NCBI GenBank assembly: GCA_040905385.1
Contig: JBBDRP010000002.1
Coordinates: forward strand, 21,337-85,336
Source: Minisyncoccota bacterium
GTDB taxonomy: Bacteria > Patescibacteriota > Minisyncoccia > Phycocordibacterales > SW-6-46-9
Direction of reading: 5' to 3'
DNA: 64,000 bases
Below, in pieces: positions 38,978-48,801 of this stretch; the stretch's first letter is position 1; each line of letters begins with the position of its first letter. The notes beneath the pieces are model-generated. The model saw nothing but the letters and a program-made list of their open reading frames with translations. It was not told where the DNA came from and did no database searches. The translations under genes were made by a program, and so were the position numbers.

Positions 38978-40819
38978 ATGGCGTTATTTGATATTTTTAA
39001 AACTGATAAAAGCAATGAGGATTCACAAATGTCTAATGAGACTGAGCGTGGTGCATTTTTGCCGCATCAGGTTGAGGATACAGGATCGCTTGATCTCAAG
39101 GACGTGATTGCCCCAGCTGCCTTAAAGATAAGTCCACGGCAACTCAACCTTGGTGAAAAGATATCACGGACCTTTTTTGTAATCTCCTACCCAAGCACGC
39201 TTCCTGATAACTGGTTTTCACCAGTGATTAATCTGGATCGACTTTTTGATATATCAATATTTGTTCACCCGGTTGATACCCGTAAAATCCTGCGTCAGTT
39301 TGAGAAACGCGTTGCCGAAGTACAGAGCCAGATCAATATCCGTGAGGAAAAGGGGCTTGTTCGTGATCCAAAGCTTGATAGTGCCCACCAGAACCTTGAG
39401 CAGCTGCGTAACGACCTCCAGCAGGCCAAGGAGAAGATCTTTGATGTCGGGCTGTACATTACCATCTACGGCAAGGATGAGAACGAACTACAGAAGACTG
39501 AGTCCGAGATTCGCTCTGTACTCGAGTCACAGTTGATTTACCTAAAACCAGCCCTGTTCCAGCAGGAGGAAGGATTTCGCTCGACGCTTCCAATCAGCAA
39601 GGACGAGCTGCAGGTTCACTCTAAACTTAACTCATCACCACTCTCAAGCCTCTTTCCATTCGTGTCTTTTGACCTAACTTCTGATACGGGAATTTTGTTT
39701 GGAATTAATCGTCACAACTCCGGACTCGTACTGTTTGATCGCTTTCAGATGGAGAACTACAACTCATTGATATTTGCTACCTCTGGTGCTGGTAAATCCT
39801 ACGCCACGAAGCTGGAAATTCTTCGTAGCTTGATGTTTGATACCAATGTGATCGTTATTGACCCCGAGGACGAGTACCGTTACCTGGCTGAGGCAACCGG
39901 CGGGCGTCACTTTAATATCTCTCTGACCTCCAAACATCACATCAACCCATTTGATCTGCCGAAACCTCGACCAGACGAAAACTTTGGTGACGTGCTACGC
40001 AGTAATATTATCTCGCTGGTTGGATTGTTTCGCTTGATGTTTGATGGCCTTAGCCCAGGTGAGGACTCAATTGTTGATAAAGCTATTGCCGAGACCTATT
40101 CACTAAAGGATATTACATATGAAAGCGAGTGGAGTGAGGATATGCAGGTACCCCTACTTTCAGACTTCGAGATGGTGCTAGGGGGGATGGAAGGGGCAGA
40201 AACACTTGTCGAAAAGCTGCAGAAGTACACCGAGGGTACCTGGGCCGGCTTCCTCAACAAACCCACAAATATCGATATTGAACGTAAGTTCATCGTTTTC
40301 TCGGTACGTGATATGGAAGATGAGCTGAAGCCAATCGCGATGCATATTGTGATGCATCATCTCTGGAATGCTATCCGAAAGAACCTGCGTAAGCGATTGT
40401 TAGTAATTGATGAGGCCTGGTGGATGATGCAGTCTGATGATACGGCCAGCTTCCTGTTTAAGCTGGCAAAGCGAGGGCGTAAGTACTACCTTGGGTTGGC
40501 TACCATCACCCAGGATGTCGGCGACTTTATCAAGTCTCCGTACGGTATGCCGATTGTCAGTAACTCATCCATACAGCTTCTGATGAAGCAGTCACCGTCG
40601 GTTATTGACAAGATTCAGGAAACCTTCAATCTTACCGATGAAGAGAAGTACCTACTACTTGAGTCGGATGTAGGCGAGGGCATCTTCTTTGCTGGACGTA
40701 AGCACGTAGCATTAAAGGTTATTGCTTCGTATACCGAGGATCAGATCATCACCTCGGACCCATCACAACTAATGGACATAGAGCGTAATCGCCAGGAACT
40801 GGAGGATAGAGATGCCTAG
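38978..40819 (+). CDS. VirB4/TrbE-like T4SS ATPase (C-terminal 613 aa)
   Basis: Walker A (FATSGAGKSYATK) and Walker B (LLVIDEAWWMM). Together with the 220-aa piece it makes an ~836-aa VirB4. Confidence 0.75.
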   Translation: MALFDIFKTDKSNEDSQMSNETERGAFLPHQVEDTGSLDLKDVIAPAALKISPRQLNLGEKISRTFFVISYPSTLPDNWFSPVINLDRLFDISIFVHPVDTRKILRQFEKRVAEVQSQINIREEKGLVRDPKLDSAHQNLEQLRNDLQQAKEKIFDVGLYITIYGKDENELQKTESEIRSVLESQLIYLKPALFQQEEGFRSTLPISKDELQVHSKLNSSPLSSLFPFVSFDLTSDTGILFGINRHNSGLVLFDRFQMENYNSLIFATSGAGKSYATKLEILRSLMFDTNVIVIDPEDEYRYLAEATGGRHFNISLTSKHHINPFDLPKPRPDENFGDVLRSNIISLVGLFRLMFDGLSPGEDSIVDKAIAETYSLKDITYESEWSEDMQVPLLSDFEMVLGGMEGAETLVEKLQKYTEGTWAGFLNKPTNIDIERKFIVFSVRDMEDELKPIAMHIVMHHLWNAIRKNLRKRLLVIDEAWWMMQSDDTASFLFKLAKRGRKYYLGLATITQDVGDFIKSPYGMPIVSNSSIQLLMKQSPSVIDKIQETFNLTDEEKYLLLESDVGEGIFFAGRKHVALKVIASYTEDQIITSDPSQLMDIERNRQELEDRDA

Positions 40820-40849
40820 CACATTTACGGTATAATACAGTTACCTCCT

Positions 40850-41314
40850 ATGGATACAGCCAAGTTAAAATCAGCAGTAAAGACAGGGTTGGGCTGGTGG
40901 GCCAAGACCGAAGGCTACCGTGGACACCTGTTTGTTGCCCTTGTTTTCGACCTGCTTTCGATGATTCCGTGGGTGGGAATGATCTTTTCCTTTTTAGGAT
41001 ACGCAATTCTTTGGCTTTGGTTTGAGATGGGCGGAATTAATCCCAGCCTTTTTTCAGGACGAAAGAAGGCGAAGAAAGCGGCTTCTTTTATAAGTGAGTG
41101 GCTATTTGGACTTATTGGTCTGGGAATATTTCCCGGAATCATGATGTGGACCTACTTTGCTGTCAGTGAACACAAGGAAGAACAGGTAGAAAAACAGGAG
41201 GCTACTATGAAGCAGGTCCAGGAAAAGCTTGTTAAGCAATCACAGGAAAGCAACCGACGTATCCAGGAAGTAAATACACATAAACGTCGGGCAAAGACCT
41301 CAGCCTATCAGTAG
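40850..41314 (+). CDS. hypothetical membrane protein
   Basis: Three or four hydrophobic helices and a charged C-terminus. Confidence 0.45.
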   Translation: MDTAKLKSAVKTGLGWWAKTEGYRGHLFVALVFDLLSMIPWVGMIFSFLGYAILWLWFEMGGINPSLFSGRKKAKKAASFISEWLFGLIGLGIFPGIMMWTYFAVSEHKEEQVEKQEATMKQVQEKLVKQSQESNRRIQEVNTHKRRAKTSAYQ

Positions 41315-41317
41315 ATT

Positions 41318-42322
41318 ATGAAAATATTTTTCAATACATTAGTATTCGTTACTATATTTGGACTAGTATTAATTCTAGCTCCAGTGGTAGTTACCGGTCA
41401 ATCAATATTTAGCCCCTCTACTGACACAATCGGCCTTTCCCAGTCACCACGCTTTCCGGAACCAAATGAAACCATTACACTATCAGTGGTCAGTCGAGTT
41501 ATCAATCTAAATAATAAGCAGACGGTGTGGCAGATAGATGGTGAAACAGTTTCGTCTGGAACCGGGGTGCTAGAAATCGATGTCGAGCTTGGTGGTAGCG
41601 GGGAAACAACCCAGGTTGATTTTCGCGTAATTGTTGAAGGTGAGGTCGTGCAGCGTACTGCCAACCTTTCACCAGTTGATGTTAATCTTGTCTGGGAGGC
41701 AATTGAGTCTTATACGCCACCATTTTATGGAGGAAAAGCCCTTAATCCAGGCTGGGGAAAGATTCGTATTACCGCTCTTCCACATGTATACCGAGAGGAT
41801 GGTCAATTGTACGATGCTCAGAATCTTATCTACAAATGGGAGTATAATGGACTTGTGCATGGAGATGATTCCGGTCGCGGTAAGGATTCGTTTTTAATAA
41901 ACACCGTACCACGTCGGGGTAATAGGGTAACAGTAGAGATTGAAACCCTGGATGGAAATATGGTAGCCCGAAGATCTGTCGGATTACCAATAAGCGAACC
42001 GGAGATTGTGCTATATCCGTATAATATCCTGTTTGGGCCGCAAGGAAATCTGGCCTTAGACAACACTCAGGAGCTCAATACTGATGAAGAGATTGAGCTA
42101 ATTGCGTATCCATACTTTTACCTTACAGATAGTGATGTTGCTGACTTTATCGAGTATCATTGGCGGATGAATGGGGAATCATTAACACCACCAGAGGATA
42201 AAAATATCATCCGACTCCGTCGTCAGAGCGGAGTCAGTGGCGAAGCACGTATTGATGTCAGAGTCCAAGATACATCATCCATCTTCTCCACTAAATCAGC
42301 CGGGGTTAATCTTCAATTTTAA
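41318..42322 (+). CDS. hypothetical secreted protein
   Basis: Signal peptide (FFNTLVFVTIFGLVLILAPVVVTG); coupled to flanking genes. Confidence 0.5.
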   Translation: MKIFFNTLVFVTIFGLVLILAPVVVTGQSIFSPSTDTIGLSQSPRFPEPNETITLSVVSRVINLNNKQTVWQIDGETVSSGTGVLEIDVELGGSGETTQVDFRVIVEGEVVQRTANLSPVDVNLVWEAIESYTPPFYGGKALNPGWGKIRITALPHVYREDGQLYDAQNLIYKWEYNGLVHGDDSGRGKDSFLINTVPRRGNRVTVEIETLDGNMVARRSVGLPISEPEIVLYPYNILFGPQGNLALDNTQELNTDEEIELIAYPYFYLTDSDVADFIEYHWRMNGESLTPPEDKNIIRLRRQSGVSGEARIDVRVQDTSSIFSTKSAGVNLQF

Positions 42323-42324
42323 TC

Positions 42325-43287
42325 ATGAAACCTCTTTCACAACTTTTTACCATCATACTCACTACTACTTTAGTATTTTTTCTAATTCTGCCAATGATTG
42401 CTGGTATCGGAACATCCAGCGCAGACATTGAAATACTTCCAGTAGCTGAAGCCCAAGAAGATACTGACTACAAATTCCTTGCCCCGATTGGAGGCTTTGG
42501 GGAAAGCGTCGATGTTACCAGCACATCCAGCTTTACCAACTACATTCAAAATGGGATAACTATCATGATTGGATTTGCCATCATGGCCGCAATTGTACTG
42601 ATTATCGCCGCCGGTTTCCGTTACATGACCAGCGTCTCGCAAAGTGGAGTTAGTCAGGCAAAGAAGACGATGAGTAACGCCATTCTTGGGCTGATTCTAG
42701 CCCTAACCGCCGTACTGATACTCCAGACTATTAACCCTGACCTGGTTGAGCTTAACGCCGTTAAGACCGTCACCACGAGTGGAAGTAGTTTTGATGATCA
42801 CTTACAAACTGGCGGCTTTGAAAGCAGTAATGTAGTTAGTGAATCCATCATCGATGGTCCTGAGGACAGGAGAGGTAATCAGCACTGCTACCGTGTTGAT
42901 GGTGAGTGGGCTGATTGGACGCATGATCGATTCTACTGTTACCACACCGAAGAAAATTGTGAGGATGGTTACAGTGAAGCTCAACAAAGCTATCCTGGAT
43001 CAATAGATCATGGGTGTACTTATTATTATGGATCTGAAGGTACGTTATTTTCTACTGAGTATGGACAATTTAATGAGTTAGAGAGTGGTATAAATGGTGT
43101 ATCTACAGAAAGTGGATTTGCTGCAGTTGAAGATTGTGAGCAGGAAGTAGAGAATATAGCCGTTGGTAAAGATGCAGCAACGCAAGAATATAATTATGAA
43201 CAATGTGTGACATTTTCTGGTGGAATTGAAAGATTCGATACTGATAATTGTTCTATTGTATGTACTGAAGAGGTTGATGAAATATAA
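42325..43287 (+). CDS. VirB2/TrbC pilin-like protein with C-terminal Cys-rich (9 Cys) extension
   Basis: Signal peptide plus two hydrophobic helices separated by a short polar loop (ITIMIGFAIMAAIVLIIAAGFRYM...ILGLILALTAVLILQTI), then a ~150-aa Cys-rich tail. Confidence 0.4.
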   Translation: MKPLSQLFTIILTTTLVFFLILPMIAGIGTSSADIEILPVAEAQEDTDYKFLAPIGGFGESVDVTSTSSFTNYIQNGITIMIGFAIMAAIVLIIAAGFRYMTSVSQSGVSQAKKTMSNAILGLILALTAVLILQTINPDLVELNAVKTVTTSGSSFDDHLQTGGFESSNVVSESIIDGPEDRRGNQHCYRVDGEWADWTHDRFYCYHTEENCEDGYSEAQQSYPGSIDHGCTYYYGSEGTLFSTEYGQFNELESGINGVSTESGFAAVEDCEQEVENIAVGKDAATQEYNYEQCVTFSGGIERFDTDNCSIVCTEEVDEI

Positions 43288-43330
43288 AAAACATAGTTAT
43301 TTTTATCGCTGTTTTTATAATAAATAAGTC

Positions 43331-44569
43331 ATGAAAACCTGGCAGAAAATTACAATTATTCTTCTTATCCTGGCACTAATCGGTATTTTAGTGTTCCTAT
43401 ACTTTTACGGAGCATCAACCACCAACCCAGACGACCCAGACGGCGTTCAGAACCCCGTATTTCCATTTGAACCACCAGTAGGTGATGATGGTGATGATTT
43501 CTTTTCCGGAGACAGTGGTGACCCATCAGATGATGATGAAGAAAATGATCCAGAAGAGAAAGACCGGCTTTGGCGAGTAAGCGACCGTCCAGTAGCTGGT
43601 AGTGGGTGGGTGACACGAGAAGATGGTTCCCAAGCTATCTGGTACGTACTCAAAGAGAATGGTCACGTCTACGAGCATGATATCGAGAATCGTGCGTCTA
43701 CTCGGCTAACGAATACCACTATTCCGCGTGTACAAGAGGCTATTATTAGCCCGAATGGGGAACATGTTATATATCGCTACATCGATATCGAGAGCCGTAA
43801 CATAAAAACCTTTCTTGCGACGACCGAAAGAACTCCTGATGGAGAGACACTGTACAGCATTGACGGTTCATTTCTTCCTGATAACCTCACCGAGGTTAAT
43901 CTCTCACCAGATGGAAATCGTATTTTCAGCTTTCAAAATACAACAGATGGTGTAATTGGTGTGCTTTACAATATCACCACTGATGAAGGAGAGGTTTTTT
44001 TTGATTCGCCACTACAGGAATGGCGTAGTGAATGGAATCATAGTGATCTGATTACGATTTTTACCAAGCCTGCCGCGGGAGTTACTGGAGTTGCCTACCA
44101 GTTAAACACTACTTCAGGTGAAAAAACGAAGATAATTGATGGATCTGCTCTCACCGCCAGCCTGCACCCAAGTAATCAGTATCTTCTGACTGGAAAACAA
44201 GAAAGTGGTAGTTACCGTAGTCGATTGTATGAAATGGATGATCTAACAAGTAATGTAATGTCACCAGCTACACTGGTTGAGAAGTGTAATTGGAGCGATG
44301 ATGAACTATTCTGTGGAATTCCAAATAATCTTCCAAATAAACCATTAAAAGACTGGTATCAAGGAAAAATAAATTTTTCTGACCAACTAGTTTCTTTTCA
44401 TCTAGCCACTCGTAATCAAGATCGCATCTTCACCGAGGAAGAGTTAAACAAAGGGCCTTTCGATATAATTAAAATTAGTCCAGCTAATAATACTGAGCAT
44501 TTAATATTTACAAACCACCGAAATAATGATCTCTGGGCAATTGATCTAGAAAATGATCAAGAAAACTAA
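43331..44569 (+). CDS. hypothetical membrane-anchored protein with D/P-rich linker and repeat (beta-propeller-like) ectodomain
   Basis: TM helix (ITIILLILALIGILVFLYFY), the D/P/E-rich linker beginning NPDDPDG, then a repetitive domain that appears beta-rich. Confidence 0.45.
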   Translation: MKTWQKITIILLILALIGILVFLYFYGASTTNPDDPDGVQNPVFPFEPPVGDDGDDFFSGDSGDPSDDDEENDPEEKDRLWRVSDRPVAGSGWVTREDGSQAIWYVLKENGHVYEHDIENRASTRLTNTTIPRVQEAIISPNGEHVIYRYIDIESRNIKTFLATTERTPDGETLYSIDGSFLPDNLTEVNLSPDGNRIFSFQNTTDGVIGVLYNITTDEGEVFFDSPLQEWRSEWNHSDLITIFTKPAAGVTGVAYQLNTTSGEKTKIIDGSALTASLHPSNQYLLTGKQESGSYRSRLYEMDDLTSNVMSPATLVEKCNWSDDELFCGIPNNLPNKPLKDWYQGKINFSDQLVSFHLATRNQDRIFTEEELNKGPFDIIKISPANNTEHLIFTNHRNNDLWAIDLENDQEN

Positions 44570-45363
44570 TCAGACTCCTTCTTTGATTCTTCCGTAGCAC
44601 TTTCTGTATTAATGACCTTGTTTACGTACACCGTCTGCAGTGCCTGAAAGAGGTTTGAGGTAGCCCAGTAGACCGCGATTACCGCCGGGAGAGAGTAGGA
44701 GATTGCAAACACAACCCCAGGAAGAATGTAGGTCAGCTTTCCACCGATTGTGTCCTTGAACTCATCTATAAATGTTTCTTGACCCTTAGCTGATTTCTCC
44801 TCAGGCTTTTCGTCGCTTTCTGGCTTCTTGTCGGAAAGTTTATTACTTATCCAGCTTTGTAGGTACTGAGAAGCACCGGCAATTGCTGCAAATATAATGC
44901 TTCTTTCTGCTAGATCTGTACCAAGAAAAGTCATGTTCACCATCTCTGGAATCTGCACAAAGCTGTAAATAATATCCATGTTCACCTCCGGTAGTCCACC
45001 GTTAAAGAATACATAATATAAGGCAATAATAATTGGAAACTGAATCAGAATGATCAGAATTCCAGCAAAGGGATTTACGTTGTGCTCGGCGTAGGCCTCC
45101 ATCATTTTCTGCGCCTGCTTCTCTTTATCATCGCCGTATTTTTCCTTAATCTCATCAATGTGCGGCTTTACCTGCTTCATGGTCTGTTGAGTTCGTACAG
45201 ACTTAATAGACAGGGGTAGTAGTATAAATTTAACCGCTAGTGTAATCAAAATAACCGCCAGACCAACACTTCCGCCGGGAATAATATCAATAAAAAACAC
45301 CAATCCGTTATAGATCGGTTCGTACAATATTGTTGAGAAAAATCCTTTAATAGCACTCCACAT
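44566..45363 (-). CDS. yidC: membrane protein insertase YidC (short form)
   Basis: 265 aa, with the conserved TM1 region LPLSIKSVRTQQTMKQVKPHIDEIKEKYGDDKEKQAQKMMEAY. Confidence 0.85.
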   Translation of the reverse strand: MWSAIKGFFSTILYEPIYNGLVFFIDIIPGGSVGLAVILITLAVKFILLPLSIKSVRTQQTMKQVKPHIDEIKEKYGDDKEKQAQKMMEAYAEHNVNPFAGILIILIQFPIIIALYYVFFNGGLPEVNMDIIYSFVQIPEMVNMTFLGTDLAERSIIFAAIAGASQYLQSWISNKLSDKKPESDEKPEEKSAKGQETFIDEFKDTIGGKLTYILPGVVFAISYSLPAVIAVYWATSNLFQALQTVYVNKVINTESATEESKKESD

Positions 45364-45470
45364 AGTAAATAATTTCTAATTAATAATTTCTAATGTCTAA
45401 TACTCAATCTCTTACGTTTCAGAAATTAGATATTAGAGATTAGACATTCTGCGCTTGCACACTTTTATTA

Positions 45471-45803
45471 CTATACACTATCGAGACGGTTAATCATCTT
45501 TTTAACACTGCTGTCGAGAAGGGAGGAGTCAGCGTCAGTGGCCTCAGCCGGAAGAAACCAGATGATCCAAAATCCGTCCGGTATATCTGAGAAGTATTTC
45601 TCAATGGTGCCATATCCACGCCGCCGAATACGATTTCTATGAGCACTATACTTTGTATCTCTTCTTGAAGTCGTACAGGAAACTCTCTTATCATCATTAT
45701 TTTTCAGCATTTTGAAGTATCCAACCGTTGATTTGACATTTTTACCGTTTTTATAAACCAAATCAAACTCTTCTTTGGTTAATCGCTGTTTTTTCTCAAG
45801 CAT
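45471..45803 (-). CDS. rnpA: ribonuclease P protein component
   Basis: 110 aa, basic. Sits next to yidC and upstream of dnaA in the classic origin neighbourhood. No rpmH was found adjacent. Confidence 0.75.
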   Translation of the reverse strand: MLEKKQRLTKEEFDLVYKNGKNVKSTVGYFKMLKNNDDKRVSCTTSRRDTKYSAHRNRIRRRGYGTIEKYFSDIPDGFWIIWFLPAEATDADSSLLDSSVKKMINRLDSV

Positions 45804-45901
45804 ATTACCTTATATAGTAACGGAAAAAACCCTAGTAATAAAGATTTTGTATTTTTATGATTTGTAATCTATTGGTTAGTAGGGCGCAGTACGAATTTTT
45901 T

Positions 45902-45960
45902 TGTGGATTAAAAAAAGTGGTGATACGATGTTATACACAGCCCTTTGAAGATGTCCACAG
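45902..45960 (+). promoter_or_regulatory. DnaA-box-like motifs upstream of dnaA
   Basis: TGTGGATTA, TTATACACA and TGTCCACAG, each 1-2 mismatches from TTATCCACA. Confidence 0.45.
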
Positions 45961-45990
45961 CTTCTGAATGTAAGTGGAAAACACGATTTT

Positions 45991-47367
45991 ATGGCAGAAA
46001 AAACTATTTTAGATAAAAATAAACTATGGGAGCAGGTACTTGTGGAGATTGAGCTCTCTACATCCAAAGCAAATTTTAATACCTGGTTTGCTGATACTAC
46101 TATCCTCCGCCGAGAGGAGGGAACAATATATATTGGTGTTCCAAATGAGTTTGTACGTACGTGGTTGATTGAAAAATATGACAAAAAAATAAAAAGTTTA
46201 ATTCGAGAACTTACTAGTGATGTTCAGCGTGTAAAGTATGAAGTAGGTAACACTAAAAATTCTAAAACAGTAGATAGTAATAATGATAGTGTAGTTAAGT
46301 TACAAAAAAATAGTAGTAGTGAGGAAGGACAGTTACTATTAACTGAATCAGTAGATAAAAATAATAATCTTAACCCACGTTACTCTTTTGAGTCTTTTGT
46401 GGTTGGATCATTTAATGAACTGGCTCATGCTGCCAGTCAGGCGGTGGTTAAGCAGCCAGGATCGGCCTATAACCCACTGTTTATATACGGAAAAACTGGA
46501 TTTGGAAAAACACATCTTATTCAAGCAATTGGAAATCATTTTATTCAAAATAGTGATAAAAAAGCCTTTTACCTTACTTCAGAAAAATTTGCTGTTGATT
46601 ACATTAACTCGGTAAAAAATAATAAGGTTAATCAATTTAAAGAGAAGTACCGGCAGTATGATTGCTTAATCATGGATGATATTCAATTTCTCTCTAAGAA
46701 AGAAAAAACTCAAGAAGAATTATTTCACCTCTTTAATACACTTTTTGATAATAATAAGCAGATTATCTTTTCTTCAGATATGCACCCTAATTATCTTAAA
46801 GATATGGAGGACCGGTTGAAGTCACGTTTTAATGCCGGAATGATTGTTGATATTTCTCCTCCAGAGCATGAGTCACGAGTTGCTATATTAAAAAAGAAGG
46901 CTAAAGAGAAGGATATTTCACTTTCAGAAGATGTGTTAGATTATGTCGCTAACTCAATTAAGAGAAATATTCGTGAGTTAGAAGGAGCTTTGAATGCGAT
47001 TGCTATCCAGTCAGAGTTATCAGGTGGTAATCTTACTTTGGTGGATATTAAACGCCTTATAAAGGACAATGTGAGTTCACAGAAGGTAGTTAATATTGAG
47101 GATATAATTCAGACTGTTAGTAATTTTTATAATATTGAAGAGGAGAAAATTTACTCAAAAACACGTAAGCGAGAAATTGTAAAACCACGTCAAGTGGTAA
47201 TGTTCATCTTACGAGAGGATTTTAGTTTTGCGTACCCAGCCATAGGGGAGAAGATCGGGGGACGTGATCACACAACCGTTATTCATTCTTATAAGAAAAT
47301 AAAAGAAGAGTTGAAAACTGATGGTGATTTAGTCTCGGAACTTAATCAAATTCGTTCACTTCTGTAA
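45991..47367 (+). CDS. dnaA: chromosomal replication initiator protein DnaA
   Basis: AAA+ Walker A (GKTGFGKTHL), Walker B (LIMDDIQFL), and a C-terminal DNA-binding domain. Composition is very AT-rich. Confidence 0.9.
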   Translation: MAEKTILDKNKLWEQVLVEIELSTSKANFNTWFADTTILRREEGTIYIGVPNEFVRTWLIEKYDKKIKSLIRELTSDVQRVKYEVGNTKNSKTVDSNNDSVVKLQKNSSSEEGQLLLTESVDKNNNLNPRYSFESFVVGSFNELAHAASQAVVKQPGSAYNPLFIYGKTGFGKTHLIQAIGNHFIQNSDKKAFYLTSEKFAVDYINSVKNNKVNQFKEKYRQYDCLIMDDIQFLSKKEKTQEELFHLFNTLFDNNKQIIFSSDMHPNYLKDMEDRLKSRFNAGMIVDISPPEHESRVAILKKKAKEKDISLSEDVLDYVANSIKRNIRELEGALNAIAIQSELSGGNLTLVDIKRLIKDNVSSQKVVNIEDIIQTVSNFYNIEEEKIYSKTRKREIVKPRQVVMFILREDFSFAYPAIGEKIGGRDHTTVIHSYKKIKEELKTDGDLVSELNQIRSLL

Positions 47368-47699
47368 TTTAATTATATAAGTGTTGATATATCCGTGGAT
47401 AAGTTATGTATAACATTATTATTATGTGTTTATAATCTGTTATATGTTTGTTGTTTTTCCACAATATAAATTGGCTATTAAAAGTTGTGCGAGCTTTTAG
47501 TGTGGTTTTACTATTTGATTAAAAGAATAAATTCATTACTTTAAAAGGCTGTGTGTAGAGGTATGTATTAATTCATACACATAATCCACCACCTTAATAA
47601 TAAATATAGTTTATTTAAATAATAAGTACTTCTTTATTTTATACAGTTGTATATAGATCGGGAGTAGAGAAAAAAAGGTGCTTATGTCACAATAGATGT
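47368..47699 (+). promoter_or_regulatory. candidate oriC (dnaA-dnaN intergenic)
   Basis: CGTGGATAA at 47393 and TTTTCCACA at 47456 (each 1 mismatch), plus TAATCCACC (2 mismatches). A strongly AT-rich stretch at 47590-47660 could act as the DNA unwinding element. Confidence 0.5.
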
Positions 47700-48794
47700 A
47701 TGAAAATCAAATGTGTATTAGAAAAGTTAAAAGCGGCTGTGTCCAAGACTGAACGGATTACCACTAAGAAAGCTAGCCTTCCTGTACTTGAATGTCTTTT
47801 ACTAGAGGTGGTCGATAATATGCTGTATGTGCGAGCTACTAATCTTGATATTGGAGTTGAGATAAAGATTCCAGTTAAGATGGATGAACCAGGTCGGGTT
47901 GCTGTGCCTGCCTCTGTTTTTTCTCAGTATCTCTCTCATCTTCCATCTGATGGTTCTGTTGAGCTTAAGCATAATGGAAAAACCCTTCGGGTATCCGGAA
48001 GTACCTCAAATACAGAGATTAAAACCCGCGAAGATGATGAATTTCCCTCCATTCCAAAAGTTGAGTCCGGAACCAAAACCGAGCTCTCTACCGAGAAAAT
48101 TACTACTGGTTTTAAGTCGGTCTGGTACGCTGCATCACCATCTAGTATGAAACCGGAGTTATCAAGTGTATATATGTTTAGCGAAGATGGAGATCTCTTC
48201 TTTGTGGCGACCGACTCCTTTCGCTTGGCAGAAAAAGTAATTAAGGATACCAGTGTTGGTGATATTTCAGTCTTGATTCCACACCAGAATGTGGCCGAGA
48301 TAATTCGAGTAATTAGTGATCTGGATACAGACGCCACAATTACGGTTGGCGAAAACCAGGTAACGCTCATGGCCGGCGACACGTATATTTCAAGCCGTCT
48401 TATTGATGGTTCATTTCCAGATTATAAAAAAATAATCCCTGACAGCAGTGATGTCTCTATCAATGTGTCGGTAAATGAGCTTTCTAATTCACTGCGAATT
48501 TCCGATATTTTTTCCGATAAGTTTAACCAACTCACAATTACGGTTAATCCAGATAATAAAACTCTTCAACTAACCAGTAGTAATACTGATATTGGTGAAA
48601 ATACTACAAGTATTCCAGTTGATGTAAAAGGGGTGGATTTATCAGTTCAGTTTAACCACCGTTATATCACTGACGTATTTGGATCTATTTCCACACCAGA
48701 AGTACAGCTGAACCTTTCTCAGGATGCGCCAATGGTAATAAAACCTAAAGGAGATGAATCCTTTCAGTATCTCGTAATGCCGATGAGTAACTAA
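47700..48794 (+). CDS. dnaN: DNA polymerase III beta sliding clamp
   Basis: 364 aa, three-domain clamp pattern, immediately downstream of dnaA. Confidence 0.9.
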   Translation: MKIKCVLEKLKAAVSKTERITTKKASLPVLECLLLEVVDNMLYVRATNLDIGVEIKIPVKMDEPGRVAVPASVFSQYLSHLPSDGSVELKHNGKTLRVSGSTSNTEIKTREDDEFPSIPKVESGTKTELSTEKITTGFKSVWYAASPSSMKPELSSVYMFSEDGDLFFVATDSFRLAEKVIKDTSVGDISVLIPHQNVAEIIRVISDLDTDATITVGENQVTLMAGDTYISSRLIDGSFPDYKKIIPDSSDVSINVSVNELSNSLRISDIFSDKFNQLTITVNPDNKTLQLTSSNTDIGENTTSIPVDVKGVDLSVQFNHRYITDVFGSISTPEVQLNLSQDAPMVIKPKGDESFQYLVMPMSN

Positions 48795-48801
48795 TCAACT
48801 T

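Noticed and set aside
45804-45990. rpmH (L34) upstream of rnpA.
   Set aside because: No MKRTFQP-like micro-ORF on the minus strand. The space is occupied by DnaA boxes and the dnaA promoter.
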